Of a stretch of DNA of 64,000 nt, positions 26,101 to 41,600 are shown one piece after another. Position numbers and translations under genes: made by a program. Under the pieces are notes generated by a model that had not been told where the DNA came from, searched no databases, and was given only the letters and a program-made list of their open reading frames with translations. Position 1 is the stretch's first letter, and each line of letters starts with the position of its first letter. This DNA is from Chiloscyllium plagiosum. Taxonomy: Eukaryota. The DNA is taken from NCBI RefSeq assembly GCF_004010195.1, contig NC_057718.1:45124894-45188893 (forward strand). The letters run 5' to 3'.

Positions 26101-29100
26101 ATTGCAAGGTCTACAGCCTTATTATGATGACCAATTTCTAGTCCTGTTTAATTGATCACCCTCTTAATCAAGTCAAATCACCCTCTCATCAGTCAAAGTA
26201 TTGAGTACGGGAGTTGGGATGTCATGTTACAGTTGTACAAGGCATTGGTAAGGCTACATTTGGAGTACTGGGTACAAGTGTGGTTGCACTGCTAATAGGA
26301 AGGATGTTATTAAACTGGAAAGGGCAAAAACGATTTGCAGAATTTTACTGAGACTGGAGAATTTGAGTTATAAGGAGAGACTGGATAGACTGGAACTTTT
26401 TTTCCTGGAGCGTAGGAGGCTGAGGGGGTGACATAATTGAAGAGTTTTAAAATCATGAGGCATAGATAAGACAATTAGCTAAAGTCTTTACTTCAGGATA
26501 AACTACACAGGATAGGATTAAGGTGAGAGGGGAGAGATGTAAAAGGGACCAGAGGGGCAACTCTTTAACACAGGGGGTGGTGCATATGTGGAATGAGCTG
26601 CTAGAGAAAGTGGTAGAGGCCAGTACAATTACAGCACTTCAAAGACATTTGTACAGGCACATGGATAGGAAAGATTTCGAGGGATATGGGCCAAACGCAG
26701 GCAAATGGGACTAGTTCGGTTTAGGAAACCTAGTTAGTATGGATGAGTTGGGCCAAAGAGTCTGTTTCCGTACTTTCATAGTTCCGAAGAATGTGTTTCC
26801 ATGACTCCATAATGCTAACACTGAGTCAAATTTGGGGTTCAATAGTCTGATGACAGAATGTAGTGAAGATAGCAAGTTAAAGTGGATACATTAATTCAAA
26901 AGTATTTTGAAGAGAATTTGGGAAAGAATATTAAAGTGGATTTACTGTTTGTGATTAGCAAGTCATCTAAACCAAAAACGTTAGAGGTATTTTGTTGAAA
27001 TTATTATACCTGATCAAGAAGTGTAGTAGTTTGCAATTGTGCAACCTGTAGTTCGTTTTGTAGCTGCTTCTCAGAATTTTCCTTCATGTTTTGCATTATT
27101 GTTAGTCTAGATGTCAAATCTTGTGCTTCTTGCTGAGATTTCACTGCTGCTGTCTGCAAGTTGTTCATTTCTCTCTTTAAATTCTCCGTGTCAATATGCA
27201 AATTACTCAAATCCATAGAATTTTTCTGCTTCAATTGCTCCAGATCTATAATCTGTTGCTGAAGTTTCTCTTTCTCTTCTGTATGCATATTCAACTGATG
27301 TTGAATTATTTGAAGATCTTTACTCAGTATTGTATTTGTAGATTGTAGCTCCACATTTAACTCATCAGCTTTACAAAGTTGGTTGGTCAAGCGAATATTT
27401 TCGCATTCTAAATGTGAATTTTGATTGAGGTAATTTCTCTCATTTTCTCTCAATTTTTCCAACTTTTCTTGGCAGATTTTCATCTTTTCATTTAAATGGC
27501 TAATGTGAGACTGCAGCTCACTAACAGAATTTTCATAGGCTTCAGTCATTTTGACTTTTTCATTTTCAGATGCTTCAGAATTTCTTGCCAAACTTGAGCA
27601 TTCAGTTTCTAATTTTTCCTGACTTTCTTGCAGTTGCTTCTCTAAAGCTTGTTTCTCAGAGTTGATGGCATTGAGGTCCATTTTCAATCGCTTCGTATTT
27701 TCAGTAATCATTTCCTTCTCTTCCTTTAATATTTCAACCTGCTCCTTTGCAGTTTCAGCTTCTAACACCATTTGCTCCATATTTTCTTCGGAGGTCTGAA
27801 GCTCCCGTTCAAGTGCTTCAACCTTGTCTTGAAGGGAGTCTGTTTTTCGTTCACTGATTTTAAGTTTTTCAGCCATATGTTGATGTTTATTATGATCTAC
27901 TTCAATGCGCACTTTAAGTTTCTCAATAGCATGCCGCATTTCAGCTACTTCTGCCTCGGTGGAATTTAACCTCGCTGCAACTTCACTTTTTTCTGATTTA
28001 GAGAACTCCAAAGACTGGAGTAGTTTCAACTTTTCAAGCTCTACTGCATTAAGCTTGCTCTGCAGAGCTTCAATTTGTTCCAGAGTGGATATGTTTTCCT
28101 TCTTCAGCTGATTTAGTTCTTGTTCTAATTTCTCCTTTCCTTCTCTATCCAAAACTGAATTGTTTTCCAAACAATCAATTTCCTGGATTATGATTTCCTT
28201 TTCCTTTGAATTTTTCTCCATTTGTTCGGTAAGAGCTTGTCGCTGACTGGTTAGTTTCTTCAGTTCAGCTTCAAGCACCCGGATTGTATTAAAATTGTAG
28301 ATTTTCTCTGCTTCAAGCTCTTGAACTTTTTCCTTTAGCCTTTTACTAGTTTGCTCCAATTCATTATTTGTCTCCGCTAGAGTACTAATCTCCTGAATGA
28401 ACTCATTATTTTCGGTTTCAAGCTCAGACAGCTTTTCTGCCTGAATGGAAATGGTCCTTTGACTTGATTCATGTTCTTTTTCTAACAATTGCTTTCTGAT
28501 TTGTAACTTATCCAGATCAACTTCCATTTCAAGGATGTGTTTTTCCAGGTTAGCTTTATCTGATTTTGCTCGCTTCAGTTCATTTTCTAGTTCAAGGAAT
28601 TGCTCACTCCTGTCTGTGTTATTCATCTCTGAACTCTCCAACATCTTGGTTGCATCAGGCAATTTAACTTTATCCACTTTCAACTGTAATGTAATATTGC
28701 TGAGCTCCTCTTCCAAACTGTTTACTTTGTCTCGAAGATTTTGATTTTCAACAGCAGAAGACTTCAATTCATTACATAGTTGGAGCTCCTTCTCTTCAAA
28801 CATTAGCATTTTCTTTTCTAACTCAGTGTAAACAGTGGTTTTATTAAATAGTTCTTTTTGACTGGTATTTAGCTTGCTATGCAAATTCTCTATCTCATGG
28901 AGTAGTTCTTCAGTTATTTTCTTATTTTCATCATTTGGAAGATGAAGAGCTTGGCCAGACTCCTGGTCCAATTGTAACTGAGATCCAACAAAGGTTTCAT
29001 GGATTGATTGGTGTTCCACCGGGACACTAACTTCATCATTATCTAAATGTGTTGATTCAGCTATGCGCTGTTGTTCTGTGTTGCTTTCATTCAGTTCATT

Positions 29101-32100
29101 ATCAATGTCGTTGCTTACATTCTTAGCATCATTAAAGTAGATGGTGTAGTCTCTGGTAAATACAGGACTTTCTCCTGTTTTGTCAGATTGTAAACTGGGT
29201 TGTTTCTCCCTTTGAACATTAGAGTCAAGGGACACATTTTGTCTGGTAACAGATCCCATTTGATCAGTGATGATCATTACCTCTGTTTGACGTTCTTTTG
29301 AATCAGTATGCTTCAACTGAAAAACAAAAATAGTTATAATTTAAACATATCAATCCTTACAAACAAAATATAGTCAATTGTTGGTTTCAAGTATGTAATG
29401 CCAAACTTGATATACAAATGAAATACCGTAATTATGTAGCAACATATAAGTCATAAAATAAAACAGTAAATTATCTCATATAAAGCACAGTACTAAAATA
29501 TGCCTGCCATTTATTTAATGCTCTTACATCTTAGACAAAACAATTGGTTTTAAAATATTAGTAAGTAATTTTGAGATGTCCACAATGATTGGTAGGTACT
29601 ATGAAAGGTAATCATGTCCTTCTAAAATATACACACTGGTAATACTTCTGCAACTGTACACATGATTAAAATGCTCAAATTCCATTCAAAACCAAGGCTA
29701 AGTTTTTAAAATGAGTTAATTATGTATATATTACTCATATATTCTTCTCAATTAAAGAGATATGCAGAATGAATAGAAAATATGGAATTATTCAATATCT
29801 TGCCAAAATAAAAAATATTCTATGAAATTTTCAGATTGTTGGATACACTTTCTGTACTATACTGAAGACAGTTCACAAGCTCTGATTCACTGATTTCAGA
29901 TTGAGTGACAGAAGAAATACCACAAATGGGACTGATTAACCGTGGTCTCTTGAGAGAGAAGGTTTATAGAGCTATGATTGCTATTTCTGAATGCCATTTG
30001 ATTGGTACTGCTACAAGGAAAGACATGCTTAGTAATGCTTATTCGAGATCTAACCAAAGATTGCTGTGATTTCCTCCATGAACAATAAAATATTTTTCAA
30101 GAGTTACAGCATTTACTTAATTTAACAAGTTCACACACTATGACATTTATAATAGACCAATGAACCACTTACTACATATCTCAAAATTTCATAACTATTA
30201 ATATTGATTTTTATTATTCACCTTATGCGGAGTACTCTCTTTGGAATGAGAGCTAGCAAACAGCAATGACTGGGAACTGAGGTCCAGAGATTGAAGCTGA
30301 ACTCTCGCACCTTCTAATTCTGCAGACAGCTGCTCAGTTTGCTGCCTCTGTGCAGCCAACTTTATTTCCATCTCAGTTGTTAGATTGGTCAACTTCAACT
30401 GCCATTCTTCAATTTCAGATGAGTGTTTTTTTTTCAGAAATTCAAGTTCTTGCTTTGTTGCAGTTAAGGTTTGATGCAGTTCCCAGGTTTCTTGATCTGC
30501 AGCCTCTTTCTGTTTTTGAAGTTGTTCTCTAAGTAATGTAATAGACTGGTCAGAAGAGTCAGAACAAGGTTCCAGTTCCACAGGTTTCATTTTCAGGTGA
30601 TCATCTTCAACAGAAAAGGTTGTTTGGTCACTTACAATAGAGTTGGGTGAATTTTCAATTGCATTCAAAAGGGTTTTCATTTTATCTGATGAATGATTCT
30701 CAATAATGTCAGCCACCTCTTTCTCTTCTGAAATGTTTTGATGCCTACATTCCAGGGATGCAATCATTACTTCTTTTACGACTTTGCACTCTTGAGTATC
30801 AAGATCAGCACTATTGTTTGTTAAATCTACTTTACTCAACAGCAATGCTTTTTCAGTTTCCAAAGCTGCAATAAGAGACTGTAACTCAGACACCATTGAG
30901 GTGAGATGTGTTTCCTGTTCTTTACTTTTTTCAAGTTCGTTCTTTAGATCCTCATTAGTTTTCCTTTGTAGAGTTATCTCTTCCATCAAAGATTCATTAT
31001 GACGTTTGCTTTCAAAGACATACAAGTTCATAGCTGATAATTCAGACTGCACCTTACTGAAGTCTTTCTGCAGAAGAGCTCTTTGCTCCTCACTCTGTTG
31101 CAGTGCAACCTCCATATTACTCAAAGTAATTTGCATTTGTGCTTTTAGCTCCTGTTGTTGAGAAGTCATTTTTGATGCAATATCACTATTTTGACTCATT
31201 AAATCACTGATACGAATTTCAGTCTGACACAGCTTCTTTTGAAGTTCCTTTATCTCCTCGTCTTTCAGATTGCATTGCCTTTCTGATTCTTGGTTTTCAG
31301 CAAGCTGGATTTGCAAGGAATGGAGATAATCAAGATCCATTTTTTGTTTATCAAATTCACTTTGCAGCTCTTCAGTTGTTTGCCTCTGCAGTGTTATTTG
31401 TTCCAGCAAAGCTGATTCTTGGTTCTTGCTTTCATTTAATTTCAAATGCATATTTTCCATCTCTGTCTGCATTGAACTTAATTCCTTCTCTAGAAGAATC
31501 CTATTCCCCTCACTATTCTGAAACTTACTCTCCACACTACTAATCTCACTTTGCATTTGTTCTACTTGAGAAATATAAGACTCTAAAGAAGCCTCTTTAT
31601 CTTCAAGGTCCATCTGCAGAAGCTGAAGTCGAGTTTGAATTTTCTGAAGTTCAATTTCTTTTGTAATGACCGTGTCTTTCAATTGTTCTGAAATAATATC
31701 TTTCTCTGTAATCAACTTACAGTGGTTAACATTTTCAGACTGCACTCTTATCAAATCATTTTCAAGCTTTTCTAATTTAGTTGTAAAAATTGTTTCTTTT
31801 TCAGTTTTCTTTGTTATCAGATGCGCTAATTGTTCTTTTTCCTGCAGCAATTCATTGTGATCTTCCAGTATTTTGTTTTGTCTTGCATGTGATTCAACAA
31901 GTTCTTTTTTTAATTGATCAATTTCTTCCATCTTCTGCAGCTGTAACTTGAAACCATCTATTTCTTCAAGCATGGTTTTAATCCTTTCCTCATAGTCTAG
32001 AATTTTGGCATTATATTCCATGGAATGCTCAGTATGTTTTCTTTGCAGGTCCTCAGCTTCTGTATTTCTCATCAATAATTCTTGTGATCTCTCATGCAAC

Positions 32101-35100
32101 TGCATTTCCAAAAAGTCTTTGTTTTCTTCTAAAGCATTGCATTTTTCACGAAGATGTTTTAATTCTTCTTCTAAAGCAGCATACTGTTGCATTAACTCAG
32201 CTTCCCTAGTTTCCTTCTCAATTATCTTCTCTAGCAATTTCTTAGTGTCACTTTCTTTCTCTGCGACTGTGTTCTGCAGTAATCTTTGATTTGCACTTAG
32301 TTCTTCATATAGAGTTTTAAGATCTTTGAGTGTATTTTCTTTAGTAACAGCTTCTTCTTCATATTTTTTAGTCAGTTCTTGTAATATTGTTTCATTTCTT
32401 TTCATTTCATCAGCGAAACTAGAATTCACTTTGTTCAACTCTATATTTTCCTGCATCAAAGAATTGTTGGAATTTTTTAGTTCTTCATTCTTCTTAGAGA
32501 GCTGTATGAGTTCTTTTTCCTTCAAACTAATTAACTCCTCTTTTTCCTGAATGCACTTCTCAGACAAAAGACAAGCTTCAAGCTTTGCTTCTAACTCTTC
32601 ATTGGCTACCTGCATACATTTCAAATTACTTGCACTGGTCTCAAGTTCTTGTGCAATATTTTCAATAGATTTATTTTTCTCATCTAAAGTAGCTTGCAAT
32701 ACTCCATCATGTTGCAGTTTCAGCTGATGAATTTCTTGTTCCATTTCTGTTTGCAAATCAACATATTCCTTTTCCCTCTCCTCAATTTTTTCTTCAAGTT
32801 CTTCTCTCTGTTTTAATAGAGCTTCACATTTTTTGTCAACCTCAGATCGTTGTTGTTTCTCAAGATTCAGTAAAGATTCTTGAGAAGTAATCTGCTCCTT
32901 GAGGATGGAAATATCATGTTGGTAAATTTCTAATGTTAAGTTTATATTTTCAATTTCAAGTTTGTCAAGTAAAACCTTTTCATACTCCTGCATTACATGC
33001 GTTTTCTCTGCTTCAACTTTAGCTAGCTTTCCTTCAAGATTATTTGTGGTTTGCAAAATGTTGTCCTTCAAACTCAAAATTTCTGTTTCTTTAAGTTCAA
33101 TTAAGCACTCTTTTGACTTCAGCAGATTACTGACATTTTCATAATCAGCAATCAATGCACACTGAGACTCTTCAAGTTTCATAACTTTGCTTGTTTCTTG
33201 TTGCAAATTTTTCTCCAGTTCAGCTATCTGTGCTGTGAGCTCAGAAATGCTCAAGTTCAGGTTTTCTATTTCCTTTCCATTCTTTTGCTCTTGCTGCTTT
33301 GCTTCTTTCATGAATTCTTCAAAAGATTGCCTTTGTGTTTCTAACTCAGAAGTTTTGCTGTCTAGAATTTGCTTGAGATCATCAGTCTGGCATTGCAAAT
33401 TCTCTTTTTCATCCTCAACTGACCTAAGTTTTTCTGCTTGCTTTTCACTTTTGTGCTGATGAACTTCGAGATTCTGCTCATGTTCTTGATTTTTTTTCAA
33501 ACTCATTTCGAGATTATGTTCTAATTCTTTAATTTTGTTATTCATCACCTCCTTTTCACATTGAAAAACATTCATAACATGCATATTTTCCATCTTCCAC
33601 TGAGCCAGGGAATTACTTTCCTCTTTTAGTTCTTGAAATGCCTTTTCTTTTAGATGTATATTTTTTTCTAGTTCTTCAATTTCATTTGCCATTTTTTGAA
33701 CTTTGATATTTAGCTGTTCCATGCTTTTTTCTTTCTCTTTCATACCCTTACAAGCAGAATCAAGTGCCTGTTTCAACTTTTCCATATTTATACACATTGA
33801 CTTGCTTTGTTCATCTAAATTGTGTTGTAGACTTTTTATCTCAGCTTCTTGAGCACTGTTCTTACCTAAAAAGATAACAGGCATGTAAATATCAAAAGCA
33901 ATAACTTTGTCCACAAATCAATACTCAACAAAAAGAGAAGTGACAATGGGCTTCCAATAGTTAATTAATATTCAAAACATTATGTCTACCACATTTGTGA
34001 AGGAGGAGGACTTCCTCTGCGTGTTACGATTAAAGTTGTAAATATGTTTAATTTACAAACACGAATTAGTTCACCAGAGTATAGCTTCTGCAAAGTACTT
34101 AACTTGCAGGAACGTGGGGCTGATGACACTAGTCTGACCCACAACAATCATTAAGTTTCTGTAGTTTGAGGAACTTTGACTGAGAGACAATGAACAATAG
34201 TCCAAGCTTTGGACACTGATGTTTCAGGAACGGAGAGGTTTAGTTCAAAGTAAGGGAGGAGTATGTGACTGTGAATGAGGCAAGTATGGGTTTCCATTTG
34301 AGAAGGCTCACCCTTTGCACTTTCCCAGCAAATACACAATGATGGCACTATTTTTGAACAAGTTGTACATAGGAACCTTCAAGAATCCTTTTCGTAGCAC
34401 ACCCCAAAGGGAATTGCAGAGGATGTCAAGTTTTCTGCTGGACAATTTATCTACAGCTGGATCTCTCTGAAAATCTTCATTTGAATTAAGAGTTCAGCAT
34501 GTTCCAATGAAAGTAAGTAAACAAATTACTCAGAAAAAGTTTGAATATTTAATGCATGGTCTAACTCATGAACAACTATTTGACAGGGGCTATAACTTAC
34601 CTCACACACACTCCCTGATCTAACCCAAATCCCTCCATTCTACACATAATCCCCCATTTAGAAGCCACAGAACAAATTACTTTACATATGAGATTCATTG
34701 ATCCAAAGTAATAATCATATAAGAGCTGGGAAATTTGGTAAAAGAACAGACTGAGAGGCTTTGTACCTGAATGCAAGACTTATTTGGAATTTGGAATAAA
34801 ATTAATGACTTAACATCACAAATAGAGACAAATGAGTATGATTTGGTGACAATTACAGAGATGTGATTGCAAGGAGGCCACATTTTGGAATTGAATGTCC
34901 AAGGGTACTCAGTATTTCAGAAGGACAGGCAGGAAGGAAAAGGAGATAGTGTAGCTTTGTTAGGAAAGGATGACATCAGTACTGTAATGCAAAATGATAC
35001 CATCATTCAAGGTAAAGACCTGGAGTCTGTCTGGGTAGAGATAAGAAACTGCAAGGGAAAGAAGTTCCTGGTGGAAGTAATCTGTAGGTCCACCAAAAGT

Positions 35101-35601
35101 AGTTGCACAGTGAGACATTGTATAAACCAGGAAATCCTGGGGGCTTATAAGAAATATTCATCAATCATGATGGGTGATTTTAATATGCACACAGACTGGA
35201 TGAATTAAATTGATAGAAGTAGCCACGAAGGAGTGTTAACTCAATGTACGAGAAATTGTTTCCTGGAGCAATGTGTTTTAGAACCAACCTGGAAGCACTT
35301 TTTTTTTGGATTTGGTAATATATAATGAGGTGGGATTAATTTCTCATTGTAAAGGATTCTCTAGTGAAGAAGTATCGTACCACACTATGATTTCAAATTC
35401 ACCTGAACAGCAAGTAACTGGAGCCCCACATTAGTATTTTTGAGTTAAACAAAGGCAATCACATAGGCATGAGGAAAGATTAGCTTCAAATAGATTGGGC
35501 AGAAAGACCATATGGTAAGATAGTTGATAAGCTGTGTCAGATGTTTAAGGAGATATTCAATTGCTCCCAAAATATACTCCAGAAAGGAAGATAGATTGTG
35601 T

Positions 35602-35633
<32 letters not shown>

Positions 35634-38600
35634 GCAAAGAAACATCCATGACACTCCCACACTCCATGACAAAGCAAGGAACTTAAATATTCATAAAACT
35701 AAGGCCAATGATAGGCTGGAGGACTGTGAAACTTTGAAGATCAACAAAAAAAAGTAACAGAGATAGTGAATTCACCAGTTACAATATTCCAAAATTCCCT
35801 GGATACAGGACATGTCCCACTGAAATTGAAAAATGCGAAAATAACATCTTTATTCAAAGAGGGAGGGGGAGGCAGAAAGTGGGAACTATAGACTAGTTAG
35901 TTTAACTTGTGTTATCAAGAAATTGTTAGATTCCATTATTAAGACAGTAATAACAAAGACATTTGGAAAGTCAAAACACAATCCATCAGAGTTAGCATGG
36001 TTTTATGAAGGGTAAATTATGTTTGACTAATTTGCTCGAGTTCGTTGAACATGTAACAAGCAAGGTGCATAATGGGGATGCTGGTGATGTGGTATTTTGG
36101 ACTGTCAGAAGGCATTTGATAAGATACCCCACAAAAAATACTACACAAGATAGGATCACAAGGGCTTGGATAATTTATTCACTTGGATAGAGGATTCAGT
36201 AGTCATCAGAAAGCAGAGAGGCAGGATAAATTGGGTTTTTTCTGATCAGCAAGATTTAATTATTGGGGTGCCATACGGTTTGGTGTTTGAGCCCCAACTA
36301 CTTACAATCTACATTCATGACTAGAATTCAGGGATACAAAGTATTGTAGAAAAAAATTGCAGATAACACTAAAAATTAGTGGGAAATTAGATTGCAATTA
36401 AGAAATTTACAAATGAATATGGATAGGTTAGGTATAGGGACCAAAATTTGGCAGATAGGTTTAATATGGATGTGTGTGATCATTTTGATCAGAGGAATAG
36501 AAAAACAACTTATTATCCAAGTGGAGACAAAGATCAGAGTGCTTCAGTGCAGAGGGATCTGGGTGCCCACATGCATAAATCACAGAAAATCACCTGCAGG
36601 TACAGCAGGTAATAAACAAGGTAAATGGAATTTTAGCATTTATTGCTAAAGGAAAATATAAGAGTAGAGAAGTATTGCTGCAACTGTATATGGAATTAGT
36701 GAAACCGCACCTTGAGATTTGCATACAATTTTGGTCTCCTTGAGAAGAGACATAGCTGTACTAGAGGCAGTTCAGAGGAAGTTCACCAGATTGATTCCAC
36801 AGATGAGGGATTCTTAAGAAGAAAGATTGAGCAGTTTAGGTGTATTCTTTGGAGTTTAAAAGAATAAGAAGAGATCTAATTGAGATACACAAGATGTTAA
36901 ACAGTATTGATAAAGTAAACATAGATAAGATGTTTCCTTACATGGGGCAATCTAGAATGAGAGATCATTGTTTCAGTATATATGGGGAGCAAAATTAAAA
37001 GAGAGGAGGAAAAATTACTTCTTTCAAAGGGCAGTGATGTTGTGGAATTCATTGCCCAAGAGTATAGAGGATGCTGGGACATTGAGTAAATTTAAGGAGG
37101 AGATAAACGGTAATCAGTAAAGAATTGAAGGGTTATGGACAGCGGGCAAGAAAGTGGAATTTAGGCCAAGATGAGATCAGCTGTGATTGTATTATTCGGT
37201 GGACAGGGCTTCTAATTTTTATATTCTTATAAAGGCTCCTCAGAGCAAGAGTGATCCTATTATAATAGAATTTTATGTTCAGTTTCAGATGAGAAATTTA
37301 GGTCTGAAACTCATGGCTGAAACTTAAATAAATGAATTACACCATAGTATAAAAGATGGATTGTGTATGTAGATGAGGAAAAATAGGTTTAGATTTAAGA
37401 TGATTAAGTAATGGTAGGCATTTCAAGAGGTCAGTTCATTACTCCCAACAAAGATGTATTTCACTGAGAAATCAACATCTGAGAAGGGCAAACCATTCAT
37501 AGCTAAATAAGAAAGTTAAGGATGTTATCAATTTGAATGAAAAGCATACATTGATAAGAAGAACTCAGTGTTGCGGGGGCAATCTATTACTATGGATCGA
37601 GGATTGGCCAACCATTAGAAAATATAGTTTAGATAAATGGTAAAACAGGACATTTCGAAGATAAATATCCAGAATCTAAATTTACTGACAATACGAAGAC
37701 AAATGGAAAAGTGGCAAGAACATCAGGAAGTAGGAGGGGTTGATGGGAATCTTGCCCATTGGCGGGACAGCACCATGTCACCTCTTTCCAGAAAAGCATC
37801 CACATTAAATGCCTGAGGGCAACAGCAACTACTGTAGTCTGCAGAGCTCTGATGGAGATTGCTTTGCAAGTTTCCAGAGTGGAAAGTACCTGCAATCTTA
37901 ACCTCCCTCTTGCCCAATTAAATTCTCTCTTCATCATAGGAGGAGACTATTAAGATTATAAGACAGTGAAATATGAAGCCAGGTACAATACAAATTAGAT
38001 ATACAAAAAGAATATTGATCTTTACTGAAAAAGGAACTGAAGTATAAAAGAAGGCAAGTGTTGTCATAACTATTGTGAGATCAAACCCAGTATGCACCCT
38101 GCATTTAAGGAGAAATAAACTTACATTGAGACAATTCAGAACTTGTTAGGTTGATACATAGAATGAAGTGATCATGTTATATGGAAAAGTTGAGCATGTT
38201 AGGTCCATGGTTTTTGGAGTTTATAAGAATGAGGTGACCTATTAAATTCTGAAGGAGCTTAACAAGTGTGGAAACGGAGAGGACATTTCCGTTGTAAGGG
38301 AATTTAAACGGGGAGTAATTTCAGAAGAAGGACTTTTGTATTGAGATGGATACAAGGCTGAATTTCTTATCATGGAAACAGACGCTTAAGTCCAACTAGT
38401 CCACACCAACCATGTTACCAAACTAAACGAGCCCCATCTGCCTGCGCTTGGTCCATATCCCTCCTTTCCTATTCATGAACTTATCCAAACGTCTTTTACA
38501 TGTTGTAACTGTACCTGCATCCACACTTTCTCTGGCAGTTCATTCCATACACGAACCATTCTGTGCAAAACTTTGCCCCTCATGTCTTTTTTAAATATTG

Positions 38601-41600
38601 CTCCTCTCATGTTAAAAATATGCCCAATTGTTTTGAACTCTCCCACACTAGGTAAACAACCCTAGTCATTCACCTTATCTATGCCCCTCATGATTTCACA
38701 AACCTCAGTAAGGTCACCCCTCAATCTCCCACGCTCCAGTGAAAAAGTCCCAGTCTTTCCAGTCTATTCTTATATCTCAAACCCTCTATATCCAGCAACA
38801 TCCTAGTAAATCTTTTCTGAACCCTCTCTAGTTTAATAATCTCTTTCCTCTAACAGAGTGACCAGAATTGCACACAATACTCCAAAAGAGGCCTCACCTA
38901 CATCCCGTCTAACCTCAACATGACATCCCACTTCCTATATTCAAAGGTCTGAACAATGAAGGCAAGTGTGCTAAATGTCTTCTTAACCACTCTGTCTACC
39001 TGTGACACAAATTTCAAAGAATTGTGTACCTGAACCCCTAGGCCTCTCTGTTCTACAACACTACCCAGGGCCTATCTTTTTTATTATCAAAGTGCAACAT
39101 CTCATATTTATCCAAATTAAACTCCGTCTGTACTCTTCAGTCCAGTGACCCAATCGATCAAGATCTCTTTATAGTCTTAGACAACTTTCTTCACTGTCCA
39201 TTATACCACCAATTTTGGTGTCATCTGAAAATTTACTTATCATGCCTCCTTTATTCTCCTCCAAGTGATTTATATAAATGACAAACAAAAGTGGACCCAA
39301 TATCAATCCCTGTGGAACACCCCTGGTCACTGGCCTCCAGTCCAAAAAAATTAATCCTCGACAACCATCCTTTGACTCCTACTACAAAGCCAGTTTTGTA
39401 ATAATTGGCAAGCTCACACTGAATCGTGTATGATCCAAATTTACTAATTAATCTACCATGCAAAACCTTATCAAATGCTTTACTAAAATCTAAGTAAATA
39501 ACGTCCTCTGCTCTGCCCTCAATCTTTTTGGTTACTTCACTAAAGAATTTAATCAAGTTTATGAGACACGATTTTCCCCGCACATGACCATGCAGATTAG
39601 CCCCAGTCAATACCAGTATTGTAGCTCTCCTCAAACAGCTTGGCTGTGGACAGCCTCGTAGAATCGAGTTGGAAAATAATTTCTTGATAAATATCTAATA
39701 TTTTCTTCTGACACAATAACGTTTTACTGCATAAGGTCAAAAAAGGGCAAGGGAACCTCATGTTGATGTTTAACTATTCCCACCCTCACCATGCCTCAGC
39801 TTATGAGTCATGTTGAGAACCATTTATACAGAGCACGTTGGGAAAAGTTTAGTCATTTAAATAAAACTGACAGGGAGGGGATGGACACAGGACTAGAAAC
39901 ATTAGTTGTTTCTTTTCTCTCGACAGATGCTGCTAGCTCTGCTGAGTTTCTCCAATGTTTTTAGTATTTTTCTTTCAACATATTCATTTATTCATTCATG
40001 GAATGTAGGCATTGTCGGCTGGGCGAACCCATGCCTAGTTGCCACTGAGAATGTGATGGTGAGCAGCCAAATGAGATTTGGAAATATCATAGACATTTGA
40101 AATTTTCTACATCAAGAAAGCACTGGAATCCCTTGACGCTACAGATATTCCACGCTGATTTTGTTAAAGTTTTGACTTACAAGGCAATCAAGTAATATGG
40201 GGAGCAGAGAATAAAATGGATGTTGAGGCCATAATCAAATCAATCATGATCATATTGAAGAGGGAAACAGGCTCATGAGGCCAAAATTTCCTACTCCTAT
40301 TTCTTTATAAATAATTAGCATAATTATGTTGTAACCAACCCTAAAACTATTATTTTCTTAATTCCATAAGTCTTGTTCTGAGTATTATTCTAAAGTTGAT
40401 ATTGGAATAATATTTTATTGAACTGATTGGGAAATCATCCATAACTATTACTGGTATTAATCCAGAAACCCAGGTAATGTTTTGGGGACCCAAGTTAAAA
40501 TCCCACTGCAGCAGATGGTGGAATTTGAATGCAATTTTTAAAAATCTGGAATTAAGAATCTACCGATGATCGTTGATTGTCAGAAAAATCAATCTGGCTC
40601 ACTACTATCAATCGGCAATTCTTACCAGGTATGGCCAACATTGGATTCCAGAGCCACGGAAATGTGGTTGACTCTCAATTGCCATTTGAAATGGCTGAGC
40701 AAACCACTCAGTTGTATCAATGACTGCAAGTCTCAACAAAAAAAATGAAACTAAGTGGACCACGTGGCATCAGGAAAGACAAGGGAAGAAACAGCCCTAT
40801 CGACCCTGCAAAGTCCTCCTTACCAACATCAGGCAGCGAGTGCCATAAATGAGAGCGCTGTCTCACAGACCAGTTAACCAACAGCATGACATAGTCATAC
40901 CCATGGAATCATACCAAGAGACACTAGGAATAATGTGGTAAGTAACTCACCTCCTGACTCCCTAAAGCCTGTCCACCCTCTACAAGGCACAAGTCAGAAG
41001 CATGATGCAGTCCAACAACATTCAAGAAGCTTGACACCACCCAGGACAATGCATGACTTCTTCAAGTATCCACTACCATCACCACCAATGCTCAATGGCG
41101 GCTGTGTATATTATCTATAAGATTCACTGCAGAAATTCACCAAAGATTCTTAGAATACCACCTTACAAATCCATGACCACTTCCATCTAGAAAGACAGGG
41201 CAGCAGAAAGATGCCATCCTAACTTGGATATATATTGCCATTGTGCCTGGGACAAAATCCTGGAATTATGTCCCGAAAAGCATGGTGGGTCAACCTGCAG
41301 CACATGTACTGCAGCAGTTCAAGAAGGCAGGTCACCATCACCTTCTTCAGGGCAACGAGGGATTGGCAATAAATGCTGGCTCGCCAGTGATGCCCAGATC
41401 CCACGAATGAATAAAGTAAAATTGCATAATAAGGCACGAGAAAGACTGTTATTGTCGATGATGCTACGCTTGCCCATAGGCTGCAGTGGAGAGGTTCCAA
41501 AGGACCTCTAAACCCCATGCAATCATAATAGGAATTTCCATACTTAACACAATTAGTTTTGCTGTAAAAACCCATGAAAAATGTTAAACCTTCTTAAACA

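Noticed and set aside
27772..33459. Multiple plus-strand Ser/Phe/Leu-rich ORFs
   Set aside because: Antisense shadows of the Glu/Lys-rich CENPF exons.
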